A DNA stretch of 32,000 nucleotides, taken from positions 840,001-872,000 of the forward strand of contig NZ_CP030918.1 of the NCBI RefSeq assembly GCF_003324675.1, read 5' to 3'. The translations under genes and the position numbers were made by a program. Of this stretch, positions 7,604 through 15,865 are shown piece after piece. The notes below the pieces were generated by a model. That model worked only from the letters and a program-made list of their open reading frames with translations, was not told the DNA's origin and did no database searches. The stretch comes from Paracoccus suum. GTDB taxonomy: Bacteria > Pseudomonadota > Alphaproteobacteria > Rhodobacterales > Rhodobacteraceae. The first letter of the stretch is position 1. Each line of letters opens with the position of its first letter.

Positions 7604-8318
7604 GGTGCGGCTTTCCGACAGGACTTCGCGCGCGGGTGGCCAGATCGTGATTCCGCAAGGCGCTGATCTGACTCAAGATTTCCGGCTCCGGGTCGCAAGG
7701 TGGCTTCCGCCTGGCTTCCCCGGTGAAAATGCCTGACGCTAGCGAACCGCCGCGCTACGGCCCCCGCATACGTTCTGGCCCGGGGAGGAACCAGAGGAGG
7801 GGGGAAAGCGTCCATGACGTGTCCGACCTGCCGACTCTTTGGGGGACTTGTGCAAAGCACCACCGAACTGTCACAGCAAAACAATGAAGCGGGCAGAGCC
7901 CGAATCCCTCGCGGCGATCCTGCAAAGCCGATTTTTCCCTACAAGCGGCGTGCGATGCTTGTTTTGCAAGGCCAAAGCTGTCCCGCTGTACCGGGAGCAA
8001 GTTTGCATGTCTGCACAAACAGCCCGGTCGCAGAGCACACAGAGGCCCATTTGATGCAACATGCAACTTGCCAAGGGAGGGGCTTGGAGCCCCGAGAAGC
8101 CTGACGGGTCTTCAATGTCGCCTTCGCTTAATGTCAGCTTGGTTGGAAGGGCGGCCTGCTGCGGGTGTCGGTTGGCAGGACGGTTCTCATGTGCGGCCTT
8201 CTGTCGTGTGGCTTTGGGCTTGGTCAGGCCCTCGTTCGGCACAAACTTAAGGACACATCGCAACGGGGAAACAGCATTGCGTCGGCTTGACCTCCGCGCG
8301 TAGGCTACTGTGGTGCGT

Positions 8319-8340
8319 GGCGGAAGAGCCTCCGCCTTTT
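8319..8340 (+). terminator. Candidate intrinsic terminator (GGCGGA-agagcc-TCCGCC-TTTT)
   Basis: A 6-bp GC stem (8319-8324 with 8331-8336) is followed by TTTT (8337-8340). It lies about 17 nt upstream of the GGAG Shine-Dalgarno of the AIPR gene. Confidence 0.35.
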
Positions 8341-8347
8341 CTGTGCC

Positions 8348-10480
8348 TTGCGCTGCGGAGCCCGTTTGAACCAGCTTGTCGAATTCAACCAAGACCTTGT
8401 TGCCGAGCTGCGGGAAGAGTGTGCGGAAACTGACCTGCCGCTCGAGGACGTCGCATTCGATCGGCTCTGCGAAACTCTGGAAGCCGAAGGCGAGATCGAG
8501 ACGTCCGACAGATGTGCTTATCGAGGGGCTGCATCCGGAAAGTCCCTTCGGATCGATGGTCATGGGGGTGACCCCAGAGAAACCGATGGCATCCTCAGCG
8601 TCATTGTCTGCGAAGTCTTCGACGACGAACAGCCGCCGACTTTGAACGCAGCCGACGCCAAAAAGCACTTTGGCCACTTGATCAATTTCGTCGCAGCCGT
8701 ACGGCGGCGGGAGTTTCGGGACCAACTGCACATCGAGTCACCCGAATTCGGCGTTGCCATGATGATCGCCGAGTCATGGTCATCCGTGACCAAAGTCAAA
8801 TTGATCCTTGTCACGAACGCGATCTACAGCGCCCGGACAGATGCCGTCGTTGCTGGAAGCATTTCCGACATCCCCGTGACCTATAACATCTGGGATTTGA
8901 CCCGTCTGCACAGGGTTGAAACCACGGGCTCCAAGGAAAAGATCGTCGTCAAGTTTGCCGAAGACTTCGGCGGAGGCCTTCCAGCCCTTCGAGCTTCTGG
9001 TCCGGAGTCAGAACTGCCATCCTATCTAGCTGTCATCCGTGGCAAACAGCTGGCTGACATTTATGACAAGTGGGGCGCGCGAATGCTGGAGTCAAACATC
9101 CGCAGTTTCATTCAGGCGCGCCGAAAGTCGGTCAACGAAGGGATCCGGGACACCATCAAGGGCGAACCCGAGATGTTCTTCAGCTACAACAACGGGCTGT
9201 CCGCGACCGCAGACGCCGTCGACATCGAGATGGACGGGGCCGGTGCCCACATCCTTTCGGCGAAAAACCTGCAGATCGTCAACGGTGGCCAGACGACCGC
9301 TTCGCTGCATGCAGCATTGAAGCACAGCCCTGAGAACCTGGACCGCGTCCATGTGCAGATCAAACTGACGGTGGTACCTTCCGAAAGTTCCGAGCAAGTC
9401 GTGCCGAACATCTCGAAGTACGCGAACAGCCAAAACAAGGTCAGTGTCGCCGATTTTTTCTCGAACCACCCATTCCACATGCGGATGGAGGGATACTCGC
9501 GCCGTGTTTCCGCGCCTCCAGCGCCGGGCATGAACAGGCAGACCAAATGGTTCTATGAAAGGGCGCGGGGACAGTACCAAGTGGAGCGGGCGAAGCTGGG
9601 AGGCGCCGATCGGAAGCGTTTCGATTCCGAACATCCGAAGGCCCAGCTCTTCGCCAAGACGGACCTTGCCAAGGTCGAACTTTCTTTCCGGATGAGACCG
9701 GACACCGTGAGCAAGGGGGCGCAGAAGAATTTCGCAGCCTTCGCATCGGAGATAGGAGAAGCGTGGGCGGCCAGTGACAGAAAGTATGACGAGACCTGGT
9801 TCAAACGCCTCATCGCCAAGGTGATCATATTCCGCGCCCTCGAGAAGGCTGTCCCACGACAGGAATGGTACCCGGGCGGATACAGGGCCAACATCGTAAC
9901 CTACGGTATTGCCAAGTTGGCCCATGACGTCGAAAAGGGCGGGAAGGTGCTGGATCTCGATCGGGTCTGGAATGACCAGTCCGTTCCGGAAGCGTTGATG
10001 AAAACTTTCCTCATTGCCTGCGAGGCCGCGGCCGACGTGATCACCACTACGGACAGTGGCATCCGCAATATCTCAGAATGGGCGAAGAAACAGGGATGCT
10101 GGTCTTCTGTCGCACGTGCCGAGGTTGCCTACGATGGCGGACTTGAGGACTTCCTCATAGAGCCTCAGGACGCCAGAGCGGCCGAACGTGACGGTCGCCG
10201 TGAAGAAGCGATGATTTCCGGGATTGAGGCACAGTCAAAGGTGATTGCGCTTGGCAGCGCCTTCTGGGGAAGGTTGCGTGAGTGGACCTCTGCTAGCCCT
10301 TCATTCTCAATGAAGAACGACGGCATCTTGAAGGCCTGCAGCCAGCAGGAGCGCCGCTTGCCGTCCGAGCGCCAATGCATTCTCGCCGTTGAAATCCTCG
10401 GACGTGCCCGCGAAGAGGGCTATGTCGACGATGAGGAGACACCCAGAATCAGGATATCCGGCAAAGTGCGGTCCCATTGA
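8348..10480 (+). CDS. AIPR-family (abortive infection phage resistance) protein
   Basis: About 700 aa. The core ...MLESNIRSFIQARRKSVNEGIRDTIKGEPEMFFSYNNGLSATADAV...LQIVNGGQTTASL is the AIPR signature as I know it. There is no ATG start. TTG at 8348 or, better, TTG at 8366 (GGAG 5 nt upstream) are the candidates. Confidence 0.88.
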   Translation: MRCGARLNQLVEFNQDLVAELREECAETDLPLEDVAFDRLCETLEAEGEIETSDRCAYRGAASGKSLRIDGHGGDPRETDGILSVIVCEVFDDEQPPTLNAADAKKHFGHLINFVAAVRRREFRDQLHIESPEFGVAMMIAESWSSVTKVKLILVTNAIYSARTDAVVAGSISDIPVTYNIWDLTRLHRVETTGSKEKIVVKFAEDFGGGLPALRASGPESELPSYLAVIRGKQLADIYDKWGARMLESNIRSFIQARRKSVNEGIRDTIKGEPEMFFSYNNGLSATADAVDIEMDGAGAHILSAKNLQIVNGGQTTASLHAALKHSPENLDRVHVQIKLTVVPSESSEQVVPNISKYANSQNKVSVADFFSNHPFHMRMEGYSRRVSAPPAPGMNRQTKWFYERARGQYQVERAKLGGADRKRFDSEHPKAQLFAKTDLAKVELSFRMRPDTVSKGAQKNFAAFASEIGEAWAASDRKYDETWFKRLIAKVIIFRALEKAVPRQEWYPGGYRANIVTYGIAKLAHDVEKGGKVLDLDRVWNDQSVPEALMKTFLIACEAAADVITTTDSGIRNISEWAKKQGCWSSVARAEVAYDGGLEDFLIEPQDARAAERDGRREEAMISGIEAQSKVIALGSAFWGRLREWTSASPSFSMKNDGILKACSQQERRLPSERQCILAVEILGRAREEGYVDDEETPRIRISGKVRSH

Positions 10481-10611
10481 GGTCGGGCTGCAGCGGCACC
10501 GTTGTGTGAATCACGCCGTTGCCTTCGCGTGCACAAAGGGCGACGCGCTCACACCCGTCCCCGGCCGCCCTTTGAACCTTCGCTCGACTATTACAGCGGT
10601 GGAAGCTTCAT

Positions 10612-11052
10612 TCAGTGGACCCGCCGCCAACCGGTCGTCAGCCTGATCCTGACGGGGGCGTCATCCTCTGAGGCGTCGGAGCCGCCGCCTATCGGGATCA
10701 CCCTGATTTTGTAACGCGCCGCCCCGTCCGCCTTCGAAATCTCGAAGGTATCGCGCGCGTTGGCCATTTCCTCCCTGAGGAACTTGGTCAGATAGGTGAT
10801 CCGATACTCGTTTCGTGTGCCTTTTGGCGCATGCATTCGGTTGTTGTAGTATACGAAGCGAAGGCGCAGAATCTGACCACTAGGCGTTTCGCAGTCGATC
10901 CATGCCGAAGGGTTCAAGGTTGCCGGATCAAGCTTGGGCAAGAAGGCAAGAAGCTCGCCATCACCTTTCGGCACCAGAATGCCCCCCATGTGGCCACCTG
11001 TCGTTCCGACGTCATTGGCACTGAGTGTCTTGATGAAGGTTTTGATCGTCAT
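10612..11052 (-). CDS. Stand-alone EcoRII N-terminal-like (B3/DNA-binding pseudobarrel) domain protein (146 aa)
   Basis: FIKTLSANDVGTTGGHMGGILVPK...RFVYYNN....GTRNEYRITYL parallels EcoRII YIKRLSANDTGATGGHQVGLYIP...AIYYNS...GKTRNEKRIT. The real start is the ATG at 11052, in an ATGA overlap with the SNF2 stop. The upstream part of the 177-aa track ORF is Arg/Pro junk. Confidence 0.75.
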   Translation of the reverse strand: MTIKTFIKTLSANDVGTTGGHMGGILVPKGDGELLAFLPKLDPATLNPSAWIDCETPSGQILRLRFVYYNNRMHAPKGTRNEYRITYLTKFLREEMANARDTFEISKADGAARYKIRVIPIGGGSDASEDDAPVRIRLTTGWRRVH

Positions 11053-12869
11053 GGCTTTACCGGGCTGATGGCGAGGGCGCGCCTGATGTCCTGTGCGTCC
11101 CGACTGGAAACCGGGACGGTTTCGTTGGCAAGGTCGCTCTTCCAAGCGGAGCGTTCGATCATCACCTCCTCGACCGTGTCCTTATAGAAGAGGCGGTAGA
11201 CCGTGACTGGTTCGGTTTGGCCACGTCGATGCGCCCTCGCGCTCGCCTGAGCTTCGAGGGCAGGGTTCCAGACGGGGGTGAAATGGATCACGACGGTTGC
11301 TGCAGTGATGTTCAGGCCCGCCCCTGCCGCCTTCGGATTCAGGATCAGGCATGCGGCACCATCGTGGGCTGAGAAATCATCGATGATGGTCTGGCGGTCC
11401 TCCTGCGGGGTCGATCCGTTGATCGCTCCCCAATACGTTTCGGCAAAGTCTTTGCAGGCAGTCCGGATCAAGTCACCGATCCGATTGAACAGGGCAAAGA
11501 CGATGACCTTCCGGCCATTCGCAAATGCCTCCCGAAGGAGTTCGACCGTTCGTTCGAGCTTCGGCGTAAGCAGAGGTAGGTCCTCACGGGTAACGATCTT
11601 GGCGTCGTCCCAATCGACCAGCGCCGCATCCGGAGTCCTGAGCCAAGGATGCGCACAGACCAGCTGAAGCTGCAGGGTCGCGACGAGGGGGCCCGCGACC
11701 GGATACTTTTCCAGCGTAGCCTCGCGGACGTTGTCGTAATGCCGGGCCAGACCATCATCGAGTTCCAACGGCAGATCGATGTCGATGCGATCCGGAAGAT
11801 CGGCGGCGACATCACGCACTCGCCTTTTCAGGATGATTGGATCGGTCAAGCCGCCCAGCGCCTGTCCGGCCTCAAGCGTGTCGGGGAACGCGACTTCGAA
11901 GACGGTTTTGTCCCCGAGCATGCCCGGGATTGCGAAATCGGCCAACGACCACAGATCCATCAGGGTATTCTCGACCGGGGTGCCGGTCATCGGTATCGAC
12001 TTGCGGCGAGGGATCGTCACAATTGCCTGCCGACGGTTGGAGTGGGGGTTCTTGATGGCCTGAGCCTCGTCGCAGATCACCCAAGCCCATTCAAAGGACG
12101 AGAAGATCGAGATGTCGTTCACCATCGTCTCGTAGGTGGTGATCACTACAGATGCGACCTGTAGGTCACGATAGATTCCGGCACGATGGGCTCCCCTGTG
12201 AACCATCAGCGAGAGGCTTGGCGCGAACTTGCCGAACTCGCGCACCCAGTTTGCGATGAGGCTGGTCGGACAAACGATCAGGGCCGGTGCGGCGTTCTCC
12301 GGTGGATCCATAAGCAGGAGTGCGATGATCTGAAGCGTCTTGCCGAGACCCATCTCGTCCGCAAGGATCAAACCGCCAGTCCTATTGACCGTTTCCCACA
12401 TCCATCGGACGCCCCGTGCCTGGTAGGGGAAGAGGTCGGCGTGTAGGCCGGGGATGTCGATCTTGGGCGGCAATTCCTCGGCGGTGATCTTGCCCGAGTG
12501 CAAGAGATCGGGTGCGGCCTCGATTTCGAGGCCCTCGGGTGGTGTTCGCAGCAGCCTGATCGCCGTGGCGTACGAAATGTCGTCCGGGGCTTCGTCACCA
12601 AGGCATTTTGCGACCAAGCCCGGAGCGTCCTTGGGTAAGGGGCGTAGGATTGCGCCGTCCGCAATCCAAGCATGCGAAATCGACGGCGCCTCGATCAGTC
12701 GAACTTCCCCACGAACCATTCGCTTGCCGCCCAGCGCCACGGACATCTTCCCGGATACCCGGGAGAGGATCGCAACCGGTTCAACAACCCGCTCAGAGAC
12801 GGAAAATCCTTCAGGAACCTTTGCGAGCAGCGCGTCGAAATCTCGAGGCAGGGCAGCAAGTTTGCTCAT
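11049..12869 (-). CDS. SNF2-family (SF2) helicase/translocase
   Basis: LFPYQARGVRWMW, LADEMGLGKTLQ (motif I), DEAQAIKN (II), MTGTPVEN (III) and LNITAATVVIHFTPVWNPALEAQASARAHRRGQ (V/VI) are all present. Confidence 0.92.
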   Translation of the reverse strand: MSKLAALPRDFDALLAKVPEGFSVSERVVEPVAILSRVSGKMSVALGGKRMVRGEVRLIEAPSISHAWIADGAILRPLPKDAPGLVAKCLGDEAPDDISYATAIRLLRTPPEGLEIEAAPDLLHSGKITAEELPPKIDIPGLHADLFPYQARGVRWMWETVNRTGGLILADEMGLGKTLQIIALLLMDPPENAAPALIVCPTSLIANWVREFGKFAPSLSLMVHRGAHRAGIYRDLQVASVVITTYETMVNDISIFSSFEWAWVICDEAQAIKNPHSNRRQAIVTIPRRKSIPMTGTPVENTLMDLWSLADFAIPGMLGDKTVFEVAFPDTLEAGQALGGLTDPIILKRRVRDVAADLPDRIDIDLPLELDDGLARHYDNVREATLEKYPVAGPLVATLQLQLVCAHPWLRTPDAALVDWDDAKIVTREDLPLLTPKLERTVELLREAFANGRKVIVFALFNRIGDLIRTACKDFAETYWGAINGSTPQEDRQTIIDDFSAHDGAACLILNPKAAGAGLNITAATVVIHFTPVWNPALEAQASARAHRRGQTEPVTVYRLFYKDTVEEVMIERSAWKSDLANETVPVSSRDAQDIRRALAISPVKP

Positions 12870-13702
12870 CGGACGGCCGCCTCGTCCACGTGCGGTGACA
12901 TGAGCGCCCGCAATTCCGAAATGGAGTAGGGTATCGGGCGTCTCGTATGCACGGCGCGGTGGCAGTTGGGACAGAGCGGTGCCAGATCGATCGCCGGATT
13001 GTATGCGCGGGGCACAGCCAGAAGGGACAAGGCCTCGAGATGGTGGACTTCAATGATGCTCCCGGCCTCGCCGTATGCCGACCTCGGCTCGATGCCGCAG
13101 CATGCGCATTTCTCGCCGTGCAGCCGGATACAGAGCAGGCGGTTTCGAGGGTTCCGTTCGCGTCGCCGGATTGTCGAAACTCGAATCGCGCCCTCATGAG
13201 CGTGCGCACCGTCTTTTTCCTCCTCCTCGATAACGTCATAGCCTATAAGTTCCGCCATTGCGGCCATCAACGGCACGATCACGTCCCGGCATACCTTGGC
13301 GACTGCCTCGTCCTGATCGTCTGGCAACCCCCGGGCTGTTGCTGTGATCTTGAAAGCTCCGGAATCCACAGTCCAATCATCCCGGCCTTGGCCAAAAAGT
13401 TGGAGATCCACTGCTGGACTGATCGACGCCACCAAGGCGCGTGCCAACCCGACGTCCTCTGCGTCTGCGGCCTGTATCTGGCGGACGATCGCTCCCGCAA
13501 ACTTCCCGAAGCCGAGCGCTACCCGATATCCCCGGATCCCGTAGGGACGCAGCTCTGCAATCGGGCCGTGGCGCTCGTCCAGATCGGCGAACCAGAGGCG
13601 CAGGCCGGTCCTGGTGCCGCTTTGGTCGACCGCTATACCGATCGCGGCGCCGGTTCCCGCCTCCAGCTCCCTTTGGATGATGTCCTGCCGATCGGAGATC
13701 AT
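12866..13702 (-). CDS. HNH endonuclease with an unassigned ~170-aa N-terminal domain
   Basis: The C-terminus RRRERNPRNRLLCIRLHGEKCACCGIEP...IIEVHHLEAL...NPAIDLAPLCPNCHRAVH is a canonical HNH/zinc-finger nuclease. It has an ATGA overlap with SNF2 and a 1-nt spacer to the GHKL stop. Confidence 0.85.
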   Translation of the reverse strand: MISDRQDIIQRELEAGTGAAIGIAVDQSGTRTGLRLWFADLDERHGPIAELRPYGIRGYRVALGFGKFAGAIVRQIQAADAEDVGLARALVASISPAVDLQLFGQGRDDWTVDSGAFKITATARGLPDDQDEAVAKVCRDVIVPLMAAMAELIGYDVIEEEEKDGAHAHEGAIRVSTIRRRERNPRNRLLCIRLHGEKCACCGIEPRSAYGEAGSIIEVHHLEALSLLAVPRAYNPAIDLAPLCPNCHRAVHTRRPIPYSISELRALMSPHVDEAAVR

Positions 13703-13703
13703 C

Positions 13704-15332
13704 TTATTCGTCGTCGTCCTCGGTCAGTTCCGCGGGTTCAGGATCCGGCATGTACCGCAGCAGCTTGCGGAGGTTGGCCGAAATCTCTTCGCGGATATCC
13801 TCGAAGACGGGTTCGAGCTCGGGATCGGTGTTGTTCTGCTCGGCCATTGCGAAAGCGTAGAGCAGGAGGTCCATCCCCTCGACCGCGTAGCCGTTGGCGG
13901 CGGCACGCTGATAGATCTTCTGATAGAAGTCATGGTGCTTGTTGAGCTGAACGCCCGGCACATGGTCCGCGCTTCCCGCGCTGCGGTAAGCGGGCTCCCA
14001 GAGATGGCCATTTGTGATCGTTGTAACCGCTTCGACGTGAATGCTGTCAGGGCTGACGAAATTCTGGACTGGCGCCTTGATCCTGATCTTCGGGCCGCGG
14101 TTGTTGCTGATTTCGGCAGTTTGGGTGCGTACGTCCGCAGCATTCACTTGGGGTTTCGTTGTGTTTGGCGTGCCCGCGATATTCTTGTTCGCGCTGCTGT
14201 GGTCGACGGTCTTCTTTTGGTTGGCGTCGTCTCGGCTTTCGCGGCGATAGCGAGCACCAGCTTCGCGATAGACCGGTTGAAGCAGTTTGCGCAGGCCGTC
14301 CTCAAGATCCGGATGGAACAGGATCCGTGACTTCTTCACATCGATTCGGAATGCCTCGTCCAACTGGTGGCCGAAGTCGAACTCGATTCTGAGCAGCGAG
14401 GTGTGCGGTTCAGGCGCTCCGAACACATCCATCCAGCCGCCGTCTTGGATCAGGCGGCCCTCGCGATAGACATAGAAGCCTTGCGCCCTGTTCGAGATCT
14501 TCGCGAACTCGGCCTCTTCTTCTTTGCCCATGTCACGGCGGTGCGGAAGGATCCACGCCTTCATTTCGGCAACTTCTTCGCTCCCGTCGAAGAGTTCGAC
14601 GACCACCTTTTGTTTGTTCGGGGCAAGTACTTGCTCGGACCGTCCGGGATAGAACGGGTTCCATGGTTTCACCGGAGTTCCGTTGATCCGGATCACTACG
14701 TTCCGTTCCCGGCTGTCATTTTCATCAAGGAATCTATGGAAGACGAGGGAGAGGTGCTTGCTAAGGGCCTCGGACATCCGCTTGACAGCGGCCTGTTCCT
14801 TTGTGCCTGGCGTGTATTCCTTCGAAAGCAACCGGTCGCAGTTTTCCCAAATGACAAGCGTACCCGTCGGACCGCAGTACTCGTCGAACATCTCGTTCTG
14901 ATCCGCCGTTACCGGCTCAGCCAACATTTCCCACACGTTACGCTGTTCGACGTGCTCTAGGTCCCATGTAAGCTTAGCCAAGGGTTGGTCCTCAGACCGC
15001 CGAGAGATCACGCTGTAGCGCTTGCAAACCGAGCTGGAGGCGGTCTTGAGGCCCAAGCCGAATTTTCCAAGGCTCTTTGCGTCGGGGCGCCTGTCCGCAC
15101 CGTACCGCATGGCGTTCCGGACTTGCTCTTGGTTCATCCCGTGACCATCGTCGCCGAAATAGACGACCTTCCGTCCGTCATGCAGGAGCTGGATTTCGAT
15201 GTTGATGTTCTCTGCTCCTGCCGCGATCGAGTTGTCGATGATGTCCGCAGCTGCGGTCCTGACGTTGTAACCGGTGTCGCGCAGGCCATAAATCAGCCGC
15301 GAGGCGTTCGGGTCGTTGATAAGGTCGCTCAT
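13704..15332 (-). CDS. MORC-like GHKL (HATPase_c_3-type) ATPase
   Basis: Bergerat-fold motifs are readable: AADIIDNSIAAGA (N box), DDGHGM (G1), GKFGLGLK (G2). About 300 aa of uncharacterised C-terminus follow. It has an ATGA overlap with vsr. Confidence 0.88.
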   Translation of the reverse strand: MSDLINDPNASRLIYGLRDTGYNVRTAAADIIDNSIAAGAENINIEIQLLHDGRKVVYFGDDGHGMNQEQVRNAMRYGADRRPDAKSLGKFGLGLKTASSSVCKRYSVISRRSEDQPLAKLTWDLEHVEQRNVWEMLAEPVTADQNEMFDEYCGPTGTLVIWENCDRLLSKEYTPGTKEQAAVKRMSEALSKHLSLVFHRFLDENDSRERNVVIRINGTPVKPWNPFYPGRSEQVLAPNKQKVVVELFDGSEEVAEMKAWILPHRRDMGKEEEAEFAKISNRAQGFYVYREGRLIQDGGWMDVFGAPEPHTSLLRIEFDFGHQLDEAFRIDVKKSRILFHPDLEDGLRKLLQPVYREAGARYRRESRDDANQKKTVDHSSANKNIAGTPNTTKPQVNAADVRTQTAEISNNRGPKIRIKAPVQNFVSPDSIHVEAVTTITNGHLWEPAYRSAGSADHVPGVQLNKHHDFYQKIYQRAAANGYAVEGMDLLLYAFAMAEQNNTDPELEPVFEDIREEISANLRKLLRYMPDPEPAELTEDDDE

Positions 15333-15865
15333 CTTCGTGTTTCCTGCTCGCCGGATGAAATTCCGGACCTCGTGCGCCTGTTGGTCGACAGGCCATCCGA
15401 TGACAATTCTGCATTTGTTTCAATGCCCTGCAGCCATGCGGCGATAATACTGATCAAATTGTCCACCTGAAAGGACCGCGTCGCACATTCCCAGACGACA
15501 AGAACCCGCCAGCCGTAGCCCAGCAGAGCCTCGATTGCGCGTGTGTCCCGCTCCCGGTTGGCTTCGATCTTTGCGGACCAGAATTCTGGCCGGGTCTTGG
15601 GAATACGAAAATGCTTGCAGTCAGCGTGACCATGCCAAAAGCAACCGTTCACGAAGATAGCGCACTTGTGCTTCCGCATGACGATGTCCGGACAGCCCGG
15701 GAGGGAACGGACGTGCAACCTGAACCGGTAGCCGATGGCGTGGAGAGCCTTGCGCAGGACCAGTTCCGGCTTGGTATCCGCCGAACGGACGCGCGCCATC
15801 ATCTGTGATCTGGTAAGGGGCGCCTTCTTCTCAGCCAACACGTTCCCTTCGCGACCGGAGGGCAA
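15329..15865 (-). CDS. vsr: Very-short-patch repair endonuclease
   Basis: [24 protein letters not shown]...[26 protein letters not shown]...[16 protein letters not shown]...[11 protein letters not shown] matches E. coli Vsr almost motif for motif. The start is non-ATG (TTG 15865, GTG 15841 or TTG 15838) and overlaps the end of the methyltransferase gene. Confidence 0.92.
   Translation of the reverse strand: MPSGREGNVLAEKKAPLTRSQMMARVRSADTKPELVLRKALHAIGYRFRLHVRSLPGCPDIVMRKHKCAIFVNGCFWHGHADCKHFRIPKTRPEFWSAKIEANRERDTRAIEALLGYGWRVLVVWECATRSFQVDNLISIIAAWLQGIETNAELSSDGLSTNRRTRSGISSGEQETRR

Noticed and set aside
7871-8731. 286-aa minus-strand ORF spanning the gap and the 5' end of the AIPR gene
   Set aside because: It is antisense to a well-supported AIPR N-terminus and has a Cys/Arg/Ser-rich, non-protein-like composition. 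It looks like a shadow ORF typical of GC-rich DNA.
10534-10574. 9-bp inverted repeat (CAAAGGGCG, 23 nt spacer, CGCCCTTTG) between the convergent AIPR and EcoRII-N-like genes, considered as a bidirectional terminator
   Set aside because: The loop is large and there is no U-tract on either strand. It may still form a structure, but I cannot support a terminator call.
11845-11855. 11-mer ggtcaagccgc inside the SNF2 gene, identical to part of the right direct repeat (20221-20231)
   Set aside because: It is a short match within coding sequence and lacks the rest of the repeat (no cttgtcaac half). This is compatible with chance in 32 kb read on both strands.
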